Under the pieces are notes generated by a model. That model was not told where the DNA came from and searched no databases. It saw only the letters and a program-made list of their open reading frames with translations. This document shows positions 20,834-29,498 of a DNA stretch of 64,000 bases, in pieces. This DNA comes from Candidatus Multivoradales bacterium (lineage in GTDB: Bacteria; Acidobacteriota; Thermoanaerobaculia; Multivoradales; JAHEKO01), in the NCBI GenBank assembly GCA_965223155.1, contig CBDCVR010000014.1, positions 608,001-672,000 on the forward strand. Direction: 5' to 3'. The translations under genes were made by a program, and so were the position numbers. Position 1 is the stretch's first letter, and each line of letters starts with the position of its first letter.

Positions 20834-21688
20834 TCAGGTTCCGACCCCCAGCTCTTCGACCCGAAACTCGTAGCGGGCCCCGCAGAACGAACACGTGGTC
20901 TCGATCTCGGTCCCGTCCTCGACCAGGTGGTCGCGATCTTCCTGGGGAAGCAGCGCGAGCGCATCCAGGAAGCGCTCGCGGCGGCACCGGCAACGGTACT
21001 CCAGCTCCTGGCGCTCCAGCAGCTCGACATCGAAGTCTCGAAATACGGAAGCCACCAGACCCGAGACGCCCTTCGCCTCCAGGATCCGGCTGACGCCTTC
21101 GAGCGCCGCCAGATTCGCCTCCAGCCCGGAAACGTCTTCGTCCGGCGTCCCGGGTAACGCTTCGACGACCAGACCGCCGGCCGCCCCGATACCCAGCGGC
21201 TTGGGCAAGACGCCCAGTAGCACCGCCGAGCGGATCTGCCGGCTCTGTTCCAGATAGTGCGCCAGATCGTCACCGATCTCGCTGGTGGTCAGGGCCACTC
21301 GGCTGGTGTACCGCTTGCCCTCCCTCTCGCGCGTCACGTGCAGGAAGCCCTTGCCGATCGCGTCCGCGATCCGGATCTTGTCCGCCTCCGGAGTTTCCAG
21401 CAACGGGTTGCCGATCGTCCCGCGCAGAGCGCCGCCGCCCTCGACCTCGGCCCGGACCGTACCCGCGGGCCCGTCACCCCGTGCCTCGAGAATAAGCCGC
21501 GCGGGCACCTTGAAGGAGAGACGGGACAAGAGCACCGCGCCGGTCAAGAGGCGGCCCAAGGCCACCGCCGCCACCGGCGAAAGATCCAGACGCCGGCGGG
21601 CTTCTTCGAGAACGAAGGCACTGTCCACGGCCACCCAGCGAAAGGCGCCCCGGGCTCCGAGCCCCGTCTGCAAGAAGGACCGTTCCAC
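20834..21688 (-). CDS. hslO: Hsp33 redox-regulated chaperone
   Basis: ALGRLLTG, GDGP.G, YLEQSRQI, AAGG and Zn motif CRC…CSFC. Confidence 0.92.
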   Translation of the reverse strand: MERSFLQTGLGARGAFRWVAVDSAFVLEEARRRLDLSPVAAVALGRLLTGAVLLSRLSFKVPARLILEARGDGPAGTVRAEVEGGGALRGTIGNPLLETPEADKIRIADAIGKGFLHVTREREGKRYTSRVALTTSEIGDDLAHYLEQSRQIRSAVLLGVLPKPLGIGAAGGLVVEALPGTPDEDVSGLEANLAALEGVSRILEAKGVSGLVASVFRDFDVELLERQELEYRCRCRRERFLDALALLPQEDRDHLVEDGTEIETTCSFCGARYEFRVEELGVGT

Positions 21689-21732
21689 GGCGCAAGCTTA
21701 CTCGGTGGCACGGTACAGTGCCGCTCAGGTCG

Positions 21733-22425
21733 ATGCGCTTCGAAACCCGGGTCAAACAGGCGATCTACGAGTACCTCGCGCGCGAGGCGCGGGCGCCCGA
21801 GCTGGCCGAGGTCGCCAGGCTCCTGGACACCGATCACGCCTCGGTCCGGGCCGCCTACGCCGAGCTCGCGGCCCAGCGCCTGCTGGTTCTCGAAGAGGAC
21901 GGCGTCTCGATTCGAATGGCGCCTCCCTTTTCGGGAGTCCCTACGCAGCACGTGGCCCACGTCGGTGGCCGCAGCTACTTCGCCAACTGCGCTTGGGACG
22001 TCTTCGGAATCGTCGCCGCCTTGGGCTCGGACGGACGGGTAGGGTCGCGCTGCGAGCAGTCGGGCGAGCCCCTGGAGCTCAATCTCACCGCCGCCGGCCC
22101 GGACGACCGCTTCGCCGACGGCTCGTGGCGCTTCCACTGCGCGCTCCCGGCCCGCCACTGGTGGGACGACATCGTCTACACGTGAAGCACCATGCTGTTC
22201 TTCCGGTCGGAAGACGACGTCGCAACCTGGTGCCGAGCGGCGGGAATCCCGGTGGGACCTACCACCAACCTGGCACAGCTCTGGGGACTTGCGCATGCCT
22301 GGTATGCGAACCGCCTGGAACCCGAGGCCGTCCGTCCAAGCGCCGAAGAGATCCCCGGGATCTTTCGGAATCTGGGCCTCACCGAAGACTTCTGGAACCC
22401 CCTGGCAAACAACCCGGTCCTCTGA
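21733..22425 (+). CDS. MerB-like organometallic lyase with in-frame TGA (22183-22185), probably read as selenocysteine
   Basis: ORFs 21718-22185 and 22192-22425 share a frame. N-terminal wHTH, YFANCAWD (MerB C96/D99), SRCEQSG (C117), then IVYT-TGA-STMLFFRS matching MerB C159-xxxx-FF. SECIS hairpin follows. Confidence 0.8.
22186..22218 (+). other. Bacterial SECIS element (candidate)
   Basis: Stem TCTTCC (22199-204)/GGAAGA (22209-214), loop GGTC 20-23 nt after the TGA, and a bulged U below the stem closed by G22197-C22215. Confidence 0.75.
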
Positions 22426-22486
22426 GCCGTAGGAACCGTATCCCGAGTATCGACGGTCCGACCGATCCCCCACCGAGAACCCAACG

Positions 22487-23256
22487 ATGAAACCACCCGA
22501 CAGAGCCATCCGACAGAACCATCGGATCGAACGGAGCACACCCCGAGAGCGCACCGGTCCGACGTCCAGCGCCTCGTCTCCGAGACGCCGATCCGGGGTT
22601 CCGGCCGTGGTCCTGGTCTTGCTGGCCAGCGCCCTGTCCACGGCGGCCGCCCAGGAGGCTCCGGACGGCTCGAACGGAGAGACTCCGCCGCCGGTCCTGG
22701 CCTCCTTCGAGCTCGCCGCCGGCAGCTCGGCTCCGCGTCCCGGTCAGGTCGTCGGCCACCGCGGCGGCGCCGTTTCCCTCCGGACCTCCGATGCCGACGG
22801 CGTGTTCGTGGCGGCCGAGGCGGCGGACACGGCCGAGACCCCCGCGCCGATCGGGTCACGCCGGGTTCCCGTGCTCCTGCTCGGCCGCACCGCGGTCCGT
22901 GTCTCAGGGCCGGTCGCGGCCGGGGACTTCCTGGTCCCGAGCGGTCGGGATGACGGCCTGGCCAGGGCCGTGGCTCCGGGCCAGATGCGCGCCGAAGACG
23001 CCGGGCGGATCCTGGGCAGGGCGCTTGCCGCCTCGCAAGGCCGGAACCGGGTCCAGGCTCTCGTCGGCTTCCCGCCCTGGGTCTTTGGGCCGAGCTCCTC
23101 AGGGCTCGCGATGCCGAGATCGCCGACCTCAAGACCCTGGTGACCGACCATGCCCGGCAGACGGTCGACTTCGCCGCCCGCCTGGCGATTCTGGAGGCCT
23201 GGCGCGATACCGTCGAGGGCCGCGATCTGGCTCCCGTCCCGCCGGAAGAGGACTGA
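22487..23256 (+). pseudogene. Secreted protein with tail-fibre/peptidase-G2-like C-terminal module and coiled coil; apparent -1 frameshift near 23075-23090
   Basis: Signal-like ASALSTAAA and GRTAVRVSGPVAAGDFLVPSG..G.A…GRILGRAL. The -1 frame continues AELLRARDAEIADLKTLV…RLAILE to TGA 23254-56. May be a sequencing error. Confidence 0.5.
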
Positions 23257-23291
23257 CCCCGCAACTAGAAACCGAAGCCCAAGGAGTCGAA

Positions 23292-23765
23292 ATGCTGCAC
23301 CCCATTCGAAAGTTCGTCCCCAGGTCCCTTGGTCGGGCCCTCGGTACCGCCGTCGCGCTCGCCCTCGTGCTGGGGACTCTGCCCGTCGCGGCGCTCGAGG
23401 ACGAGACCGCGCCCAGCCAAACGGCGCCCAGCCAGACGGTACCCAGCCAGACCCTGAGCGGCACCTACATGTCCCAGTTCCAGGACGCGCCCGAGCACCT
23501 GCGAGCCGTCTTTACCGAAACCGAGGAAACCGGCGAGTGGACCGTGGTCTTCTATTTCAAGTTCAACGGCAAGAACCACGAATATGCCGGCACCGCGAGC
23601 GGCAGCCTGAGCGAAGGCCCGCTCCAAGGCACCGTCCACAACGAATCCGGCCGCCGCTCGTTCACGTTCGACGGCGATGTGGCCGAAGGCACGTTCCGAG
23701 GCGAGACCGCCGAGACCACCCGCGGCCGTCGCCGGGACACCGGCACCTTGATCCTCGGCAGCTAG
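23292..23765 (+). CDS. Secreted hypothetical protein
   Basis: SD AAGGAG, ATG 23292, signal peptide …LPVAA, (TAPSQ)-type repeat x3 and a beta-rich mature domain. Confidence 0.7.
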   Translation: MLHPIRKFVPRSLGRALGTAVALALVLGTLPVAALEDETAPSQTAPSQTVPSQTLSGTYMSQFQDAPEHLRAVFTETEETGEWTVVFYFKFNGKNHEYAGTASGSLSEGPLQGTVHNESGRRSFTFDGDVAEGTFRGETAETTRGRRRDTGTLILGS

Positions 23766-23860
23766 CCTCTAGCTCTCGCCGAGGTTCGGCCCTTGGTCGG
23801 AAACGACAACCAAGAGTCACGAATCAGCGCTGCCAGCCTCGGAACCGCCCGGGCACCGGC

Positions 23861-24826
23861 CTAGCCACTGGCACCCGCTGACGGCAGTGGGAAGATCCGC
23901 TCCGTCCACTCTTCGATCGCCAACCGCGTCTCATCCGGCGCCTCGGTCAAGGGCCAATGGTTGGCGCCAAGAGTGACCACCTCGGCCGCGGCAAACCGCC
24001 TGATCTCCTCTCGGGTCACGGCGGCATCGGCCATGGTGCTCGACCCCGACAGCAGCACCAGCACGGGACAGCGAATCGTTTCGAGCGGCGGCGGCTCCGA
24101 GACCACGGCCAGCACCTGGCGCAAGTAATTCGCCACCGGCGTGTGTCGCAGGATCGGCCCGAGGGCGCCGTAGCGTTTCGCGATCCCCGCGACCGTCTCG
24201 CCGCCGGCGAGATCGGCACGAGTGGCTTCGTCCAGGGCTCGAATGTCCCGGTTGGGAATCGTCCGCCGGTAGAGGCCCAGGTGATTGAGCCCGGCAATGG
24301 TGGCAGCGGCGATCCCCACCAGCCAGCGCAGCCGGCGCAACCGGCGGTACTTGCCCCGCAGCGCGCGCCGGAAGACCGGGTCGAGCAGTACCAGCCCGGC
24401 AACCCGCATGGGCGCCTCGTGCGCAATCCTCATCGCAATCTGAGCTCCCAGGCTATGCCCCACGACCGGCACCCGGTCCAACCCCTCCCGGTCCAGAACG
24501 GCGAGCTGGTCCCGGCTCCAGGCCGCCAGGGTCTGGCCGGAACGGGTCATCGACTCGCCGTTGCCCCGAAGATCCGGAGCGATCAGGGTCCGGTCCCGTC
24601 GAAGCCGGGTCCGTTCCGCGAATTCGGACCAGCGCGTGTGATTGCTGGCCGCGCCGTGCAGCAGCAACACCGCCGGCCTGGCAACTACAGGCTTGGCGAC
24701 CTCGGGCCCGCCATCCCCGGCAGGCTGGCCTGGCTCAGATCGGTCGGCTGGCTCGGCAAGCCAGTAGCGAAGCTCGACGCCGTCGGCCCTCGTGAGCGAG
24801 ACGACTCGGTTCCATTCGCGAGACAT
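23861..24826 (-). CDS. Alpha/beta-hydrolase
   Basis: LLLHG, APDLRGNG, GHSLG and C-terminal His (ANHW). Confidence 0.85.
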   Translation of the reverse strand: MSREWNRVVSLTRADGVELRYWLAEPADRSEPGQPAGDGGPEVAKPVVARPAVLLLHGAASNHTRWSEFAERTRLRRDRTLIAPDLRGNGESMTRSGQTLAAWSRDQLAVLDREGLDRVPVVGHSLGAQIAMRIAHEAPMRVAGLVLLDPVFRRALRGKYRRLRRLRWLVGIAAATIAGLNHLGLYRRTIPNRDIRALDEATRADLAGGETVAGIAKRYGALGPILRHTPVANYLRQVLAVVSEPPPLETIRCPVLVLLSGSSTMADAAVTREEIRRFAAAEVVTLGANHWPLTEAPDETRLAIEEWTERIFPLPSAGASG

Positions 24827-24975
24827 CGCCTCCTAGGATAGAGGGCCTCGCCGGGTACCGCCAAAGTCCGAGCCGGCCGCCGAGTAGCCCGACCTGTCGT
24901 CCGCTCTCTCGCCTAGCCGAGAAACCGTCGGCCGGGCGTGCCGGAGCCGGCACCCGCGTCTGATAGATTTTCGCT

Positions 24976-26043
24976 ATGCAGCCGAGCCGAACGACGATGC
25001 ACCTGGCACTTGCCGGAATGATTCTCCTCGCCACGGGGGCCGCGACAGCGGCGGGCCTCGACTACACGAAGATCGTCGAGAACTCCGAGGGAGTCTCGTC
25101 CTTCACGGACGGAACCTTGCCGCTCGAGGCGCGCCCGGATCTGGCCCAGGTGTTCGCGGGCGGCGCGGGCGCGGTCGAGGGACTCCGCTTTCTCCAAGTC
25201 GGGGCCGGCGTGGAGCTCGACTTCCACGCCTCGCCGCGCCGGCAATGGGTGTTGATTCTCTCCGGCACCGTGGTCATCGGCACCGGAGACGGGGACTCGA
25301 GGACCCTGGGGGCCGGGAGCATTCTCTGGCTCGAGGACGTCGAGGGGCGGGGCCACAGCGCCCGTTTTGCGGAGAACACGTTGATGGCGTTGGTGCCGGC
25401 GAGCACCTCGGCCGGACACCCCATAGTGGCCGCCGAGACCGAACCGCCGGCCGCCCGGGACCACGCGCCGGTCGAGGACGCCGGCGCGGACCCGGCACCG
25501 AGTGCCGCCGCAACCGCGCCGATAGCCCCAACCCCTGATTCCCAGCCGCCTGCCCGAGTCGTGGAGGGAGAGCCTGCCGAGGCCGGCGAGCGAGCAGTAC
25601 CAGCAGAGCCGGCGGAAGAGGCGGAGCCGGCCCGGACGCTCTCCGGCTTGGTGCTGGTGGGCAGTTTCGGCACGCCGTTCTCGGCCGCCGAGGAGACCGG
25701 GATCAAGGTCCAGGACGCGCTCGCCGAGGCCGGCGTCGAAACCCGTTTCTTCACCAGCGCCGCCGAAGCCCTACGGGGTGACGACGCGGTACTTGCCCTG
25801 CTGATCAAAGAGGCTCGGGAAGCGGGCGCGGACTCGGTTCTCTGGGTGCGAAGCCGTTGGGGGTTTCGCGAGTTCGTCCAGATCTCGGCCTTCCGGGTCG
25901 CGGACGGATCGCTCCTCTGGAAAGAAAAGGTCACCGGCGGGCTGGCGCACCGGTCCGAGGAGATCACGCCGGTGATCCTGGACAAGGCCCTGGCCAAGCT
26001 GGCGCCTCGCATCGGCGGTCCCGGCCTGCCGGTCAGCCAATAG
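24976..26043 (+). CDS. Secreted cupin-domain protein with Pro/Ala linker and C-terminal domain
   Basis: Signal peptide; cupin motifs FHASPRRQWVLILSG and LEDVEGRGH; low-complexity linker. Confidence 0.65.
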   Translation: MQPSRTTMHLALAGMILLATGAATAAGLDYTKIVENSEGVSSFTDGTLPLEARPDLAQVFAGGAGAVEGLRFLQVGAGVELDFHASPRRQWVLILSGTVVIGTGDGDSRTLGAGSILWLEDVEGRGHSARFAENTLMALVPASTSAGHPIVAAETEPPAARDHAPVEDAGADPAPSAAATAPIAPTPDSQPPARVVEGEPAEAGERAVPAEPAEEAEPARTLSGLVLVGSFGTPFSAAEETGIKVQDALAEAGVETRFFTSAAEALRGDDAVLALLIKEAREAGADSVLWVRSRWGFREFVQISAFRVADGSLLWKEKVTGGLAHRSEEITPVILDKALAKLAPRIGGPGLPVSQ

Positions 26044-26114
26044 AGTCCGCGCGGACCACGGCTCCTGTCCCGGCGCAAACGGGCTTCGCTGCCCACACCG
26101 GCCGCCGCGCGCGA

Positions 26115-27335
26115 TCAATAATCGACGTAGCCGCCACGCGTCCGGATCTTGAGGCCCGGGCGCCGGACCCGCACCCGTACCTCGTGCCAGCGGCCGTCGT
26201 TCGCGTCCACCGTCGGGTAGTAGCCCAGGACGTACTGCTCCCGAAGCTCGGCCAGGATGTCGGCGAAAGCGCCGGCCGCCTCGCCGGCCCCGGCGATGCG
26301 AACGACCCGTCCGCCGGTCTCCCGGACAAGCTGGCGAAGACCCTCGAGCTCGACCAAGTGCGCCTCCCGGTTGCGCCAGGCCGAGGTCACCTGCTCGGAG
26401 TCCCCGGCATCGCGCAACTCGATCCAGTACACGATCGAGCGGGAACGTCGGGCCACCCAGAGAACGTCTGAGATTTCCAGGGCGCTGTGGATATCGACGC
26501 CGTCGGAGAGCAGCACGACGACTCGCCGCCCCTGCCGGTCCTCCAGCTCGCGCAAAGCCCGGTAGAGCGCGTCGTTGATCGCCGTGCCACCGCCCGCGCG
26601 TGCCGAGGAGAGCTCGCCCACCAGCTCGGCGGGGCTCTGGGAGAACAGCGAGCGCGAGCGCACGCCGTCGGCGAAGAGAACGACCGACGCCTCGTCCAGG
26701 TCCTGCATCCCGTTCAGAAAGGCTCCGGCGCCGCCGAGGGCCGCCGCCAGCCGGCCTCCCGCCATGCTGCTGCTGGCGTCAATCAAGACCGCCACGGTGA
26801 GAGCGGCATCGCCGCCTTCGAACGTCACGATGGTCTCGTCCACCCCCTGGTCCCGGATCTCGAAGTCCGCCACCGTAAGCTCCGCCGCCGGCACCTCGGA
26901 CTCGATCGAGACGTAGAGCTGCTGGAGCGCCAAGTCGATCGACTCATCGACGGCGATCGCGGGCGTCACTCGGAGCGCCCGCCCCAGCTCGCCGCCGGGT
27001 CCGAAGGCGATGGCCTCGATCTCGTGGGACCCGTAGTCGCCTCCAAGGGAAACCTGCCCCCGAAATGGCACCCGATCCAGGACCAGAGCCTCGCGGCCAT
27101 CGATCCACACCACCACCCGCTCGACCTCGGGATAGAACGCCTCGACCTCGACGGTGATCTCACCGAACGCGGGCTTGCCGTGCTCGGGCGAGACGATGAA
27201 GACCATCGAGTCAGTGGACGCGGCCTCCTCGGCACCGGCTGCCTTGCTAGCCGTCTGGCCAAACGCCGGCACTGCGAAGGCCAGAAGGCAGGCGAGCAGG
27301 AAGGGCTTCGGATGCCGCAAGATCCCCCACCTCAT
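26115..27335 (-). CDS. Secreted VWA-domain protein (acidobacterial type) with Ig-like N-terminus
   Basis: MIDAS IDASSSM, GGTAINDAL, LLSDGVD, ETGG and QYVLGYYP…DGRWH…RGGY. Confidence 0.88.
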   Translation of the reverse strand: MRWGILRHPKPFLLACLLAFAVPAFGQTASKAAGAEEAASTDSMVFIVSPEHGKPAFGEITVEVEAFYPEVERVVVWIDGREALVLDRVPFRGQVSLGGDYGSHEIEAIAFGPGGELGRALRVTPAIAVDESIDLALQQLYVSIESEVPAAELTVADFEIRDQGVDETIVTFEGGDAALTVAVLIDASSSMAGGRLAAALGGAGAFLNGMQDLDEASVVLFADGVRSRSLFSQSPAELVGELSSARAGGGTAINDALYRALRELEDRQGRRVVVLLSDGVDIHSALEISDVLWVARRSRSIVYWIELRDAGDSEQVTSAWRNREAHLVELEGLRQLVRETGGRVVRIAGAGEAAGAFADILAELREQYVLGYYPTVDANDGRWHEVRVRVRRPGLKIRTRGGYVDY

Positions 27336-29497
27336 CGGCGCCCTCCTTTGCGCTCTTGGCGCTTGCTCCGTTTCGCCCTGTCGCTTCGCTTCTTGCGTTT
27401 GCCTCGCTTGGCTCCGCCCGCCTCGAGCTCCGCAAGGGCCGCGCCCAGTCGAGCCGTGCGCACCCGGGCGGCCCGATCCAAACGTCGGTCCACTCTCGCG
27501 GCCAGAGCGCTCGCCGACTCCGTGTACAGATACCGTGGAGAGTGAACTTCCGAACGACTTGCATCGGCCGAGCGGGCCAAGAGCCGCGAGGCCTCCCGGG
27601 TCCGGCCCAACCGGTCCAGGCCATAAGCCAGAGCGAGCTCGAGCGTCGGCTCTTCGGGAAGCAGCCAGCGTCCCTCCTGCAGCAAACGCACACCCTCGCC
27701 GTGGCGCGCCCTCGCGAACGAATGCATCGCCAGCGCTTCGAAAGCCACCGCGTGCGGCCAGGCCACGGGCCTGAGATCCAGGACCCGTCGCAGCGCGCGC
27801 CGGCCGGCGGCCGCCTCGCCCAGGCGGAGGCGCGCGAGACCGAGCCGCAGCCAGCCTTCGGGCAGGGCCGGCGAAGACTGGACCAGGGCCGCCAGATGGT
27901 CGCGCGCGCTCTCGTACTCGCCCAGCTTCTCGTAGAGCATCGAGGCCAGCAGGCGTCCGGAGCGGGTTTCCGGATCGACCTCGACGGCGCGTTCCAGGAG
28001 CGCGCCCGCGGCAGCGAACATCCGGTGCCGGTCGGCAACCGCGGCCAGGCCGGCCATGCCGGCGGCGAGCAGCCGGCGGCCCTCGTCACGGGTCTCGTGC
28101 TCGATCCAGGCGTCGAACATCGCGGTCGCCGCCCGCCGCGAATGTCCCGCCAGCGCGTACTGGCCTCGACGATAGTGTTCCTCATAGGCCAGGGTGTGGA
28201 AGCGGACCAGAGGCAGAGCGGTCTCGACGTCGGCTGCGATGAGCTCGCGCGCCACCGCCAGCTCGGAATCGAACAAGCTCTGAACGCGGCTCGGGTCTTC
28301 GGCCACCGAGCTCTCCTCGAGCTCGAGCAAGGCGGCAAGAGCGTCACGCTCCGCCCGGCCCAGACCGGCCAGCACCGTCCGGTACCCAGAGCGAATCGCC
28401 TCGGTGCCCCCACTCCGCACCGGGCCCGCCGGTGGAGTGCCTCCCACCGGCCCGGCAGCCACCGCAGTCAGGGCGTTCAAGACTTGGGGCCAGCCGCAAG
28501 CTCGTTCCGGCCCAGCGGCGCGCACCCGTTCGGGCAGCTCACCGGCGGCCGCCAGGACCCAGACCTCGAGCGGCGGAGACTCGACGCCCTCCCGCCGGCT
28601 TGCGATCGAGAGGCGGTAGGCGCCCGACGGCAGCTCGGGAACGACGAAGGCGCCGGTCCAGGACCCGCCGTCGCTCGTCCTGGCGACGTCGCCGAGCTCC
28701 GCGGTCGAAACGATGTCTTCCAGGGTCGCGAAGCGGACTTCGAAACCGGCCGCCTCCGGCGCCCAGGGCGCACCCGGTGGAACCGGCCACGCGATCGAGG
28801 TCCGCTCGCCCGAGATCCAGAGTGGACGCCCGGCGCGGTTGCCGGTTTCCGACTCGGGCTCAGCCACCAGCTCGAGCCAGGCCGGGCAGTGCGCCACCGG
28901 CGCCGGCCGGCCCAAACCGGCGGCTCCAGCCGCCGAAATCTCGACCGGCGTCACCACCAGCCCAAAGCGGTCGCTGCCGCGAACGGTGGCCAGAACCCGG
29001 ATCGAGATCGTTCCAGGCGGCACGCGAATCTCCGGCGCCCAGCGCAAACCGGTCTCGGTCAGCACTTCGCCCCAGCGATCGAGGGCGACGGCAACCGCGT
29101 GTGCCCGGTGCGCCGCTACCGCGCCAGTCTCGGTGAGCGCGTAGAGATAGAGCTCGACCGTCAGCCGATTCTCTCCGGTGGCGGTCACCGCCTCGGCCAG
29201 CCGGCTACCCGGAATCTCGACCACGACCTCGAGATTGGCGTCACCGGCCCCGCCGGACCCGGCTCGCACGATTTGGGGAACCACGGCCAGAGGAAGATCG
29301 CCGCCAGCGGCGCCTTGCACGATCAGGGTTGCCACGTTGGCGCGCAGGCCCGGAAGCTCGACCAGCCGCACCCGTCCTCCGGCCTGAGCCTCGAGTCCGG
29401 AGGGGGTGAGGCCGGCGAGTACAGTGAGCGCGACGAGCGCTCGCTGGACTGCCGCCCCAAGCCGGAACCCGGCGGCAAGGCAGCGGCGGCAGCTCAT
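27332..29497 (-). CDS. Secreted TPR-repeat protein
   Basis: Signal-like N-terminus, beta-rich middle, several TPR-like helices in the C-terminal third; its end overlaps the downstream VWA gene. Confidence 0.65.
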   Translation of the reverse strand: MSCRRCLAAGFRLGAAVQRALVALTVLAGLTPSGLEAQAGGRVRLVELPGLRANVATLIVQGAAGGDLPLAVVPQIVRAGSGGAGDANLEVVVEIPGSRLAEAVTATGENRLTVELYLYALTETGAVAAHRAHAVAVALDRWGEVLTETGLRWAPEIRVPPGTISIRVLATVRGSDRFGLVVTPVEISAAGAAGLGRPAPVAHCPAWLELVAEPESETGNRAGRPLWISGERTSIAWPVPPGAPWAPEAAGFEVRFATLEDIVSTAELGDVARTSDGGSWTGAFVVPELPSGAYRLSIASRREGVESPPLEVWVLAAAGELPERVRAAGPERACGWPQVLNALTAVAAGPVGGTPPAGPVRSGGTEAIRSGYRTVLAGLGRAERDALAALLELEESSVAEDPSRVQSLFDSELAVARELIAADVETALPLVRFHTLAYEEHYRRGQYALAGHSRRAATAMFDAWIEHETRDEGRRLLAAGMAGLAAVADRHRMFAAAGALLERAVEVDPETRSGRLLASMLYEKLGEYESARDHLAALVQSSPALPEGWLRLGLARLRLGEAAAGRRALRRVLDLRPVAWPHAVAFEALAMHSFARARHGEGVRLLQEGRWLLPEEPTLELALAYGLDRLGRTREASRLLARSADASRSEVHSPRYLYTESASALAARVDRRLDRAARVRTARLGAALAELEAGGAKRGKRKKRSDRAKRSKRQERKGGRR

Positions 29498-29498
29498 G

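Noticed and set aside
21718-22425. Reading the MerB-like locus as two genes or a nonsense pseudogene
   Set aside because: The stop is TGA at the catalytic Cys column, both halves look intact and a SECIS-like hairpin follows, so Sec recoding explains it better.
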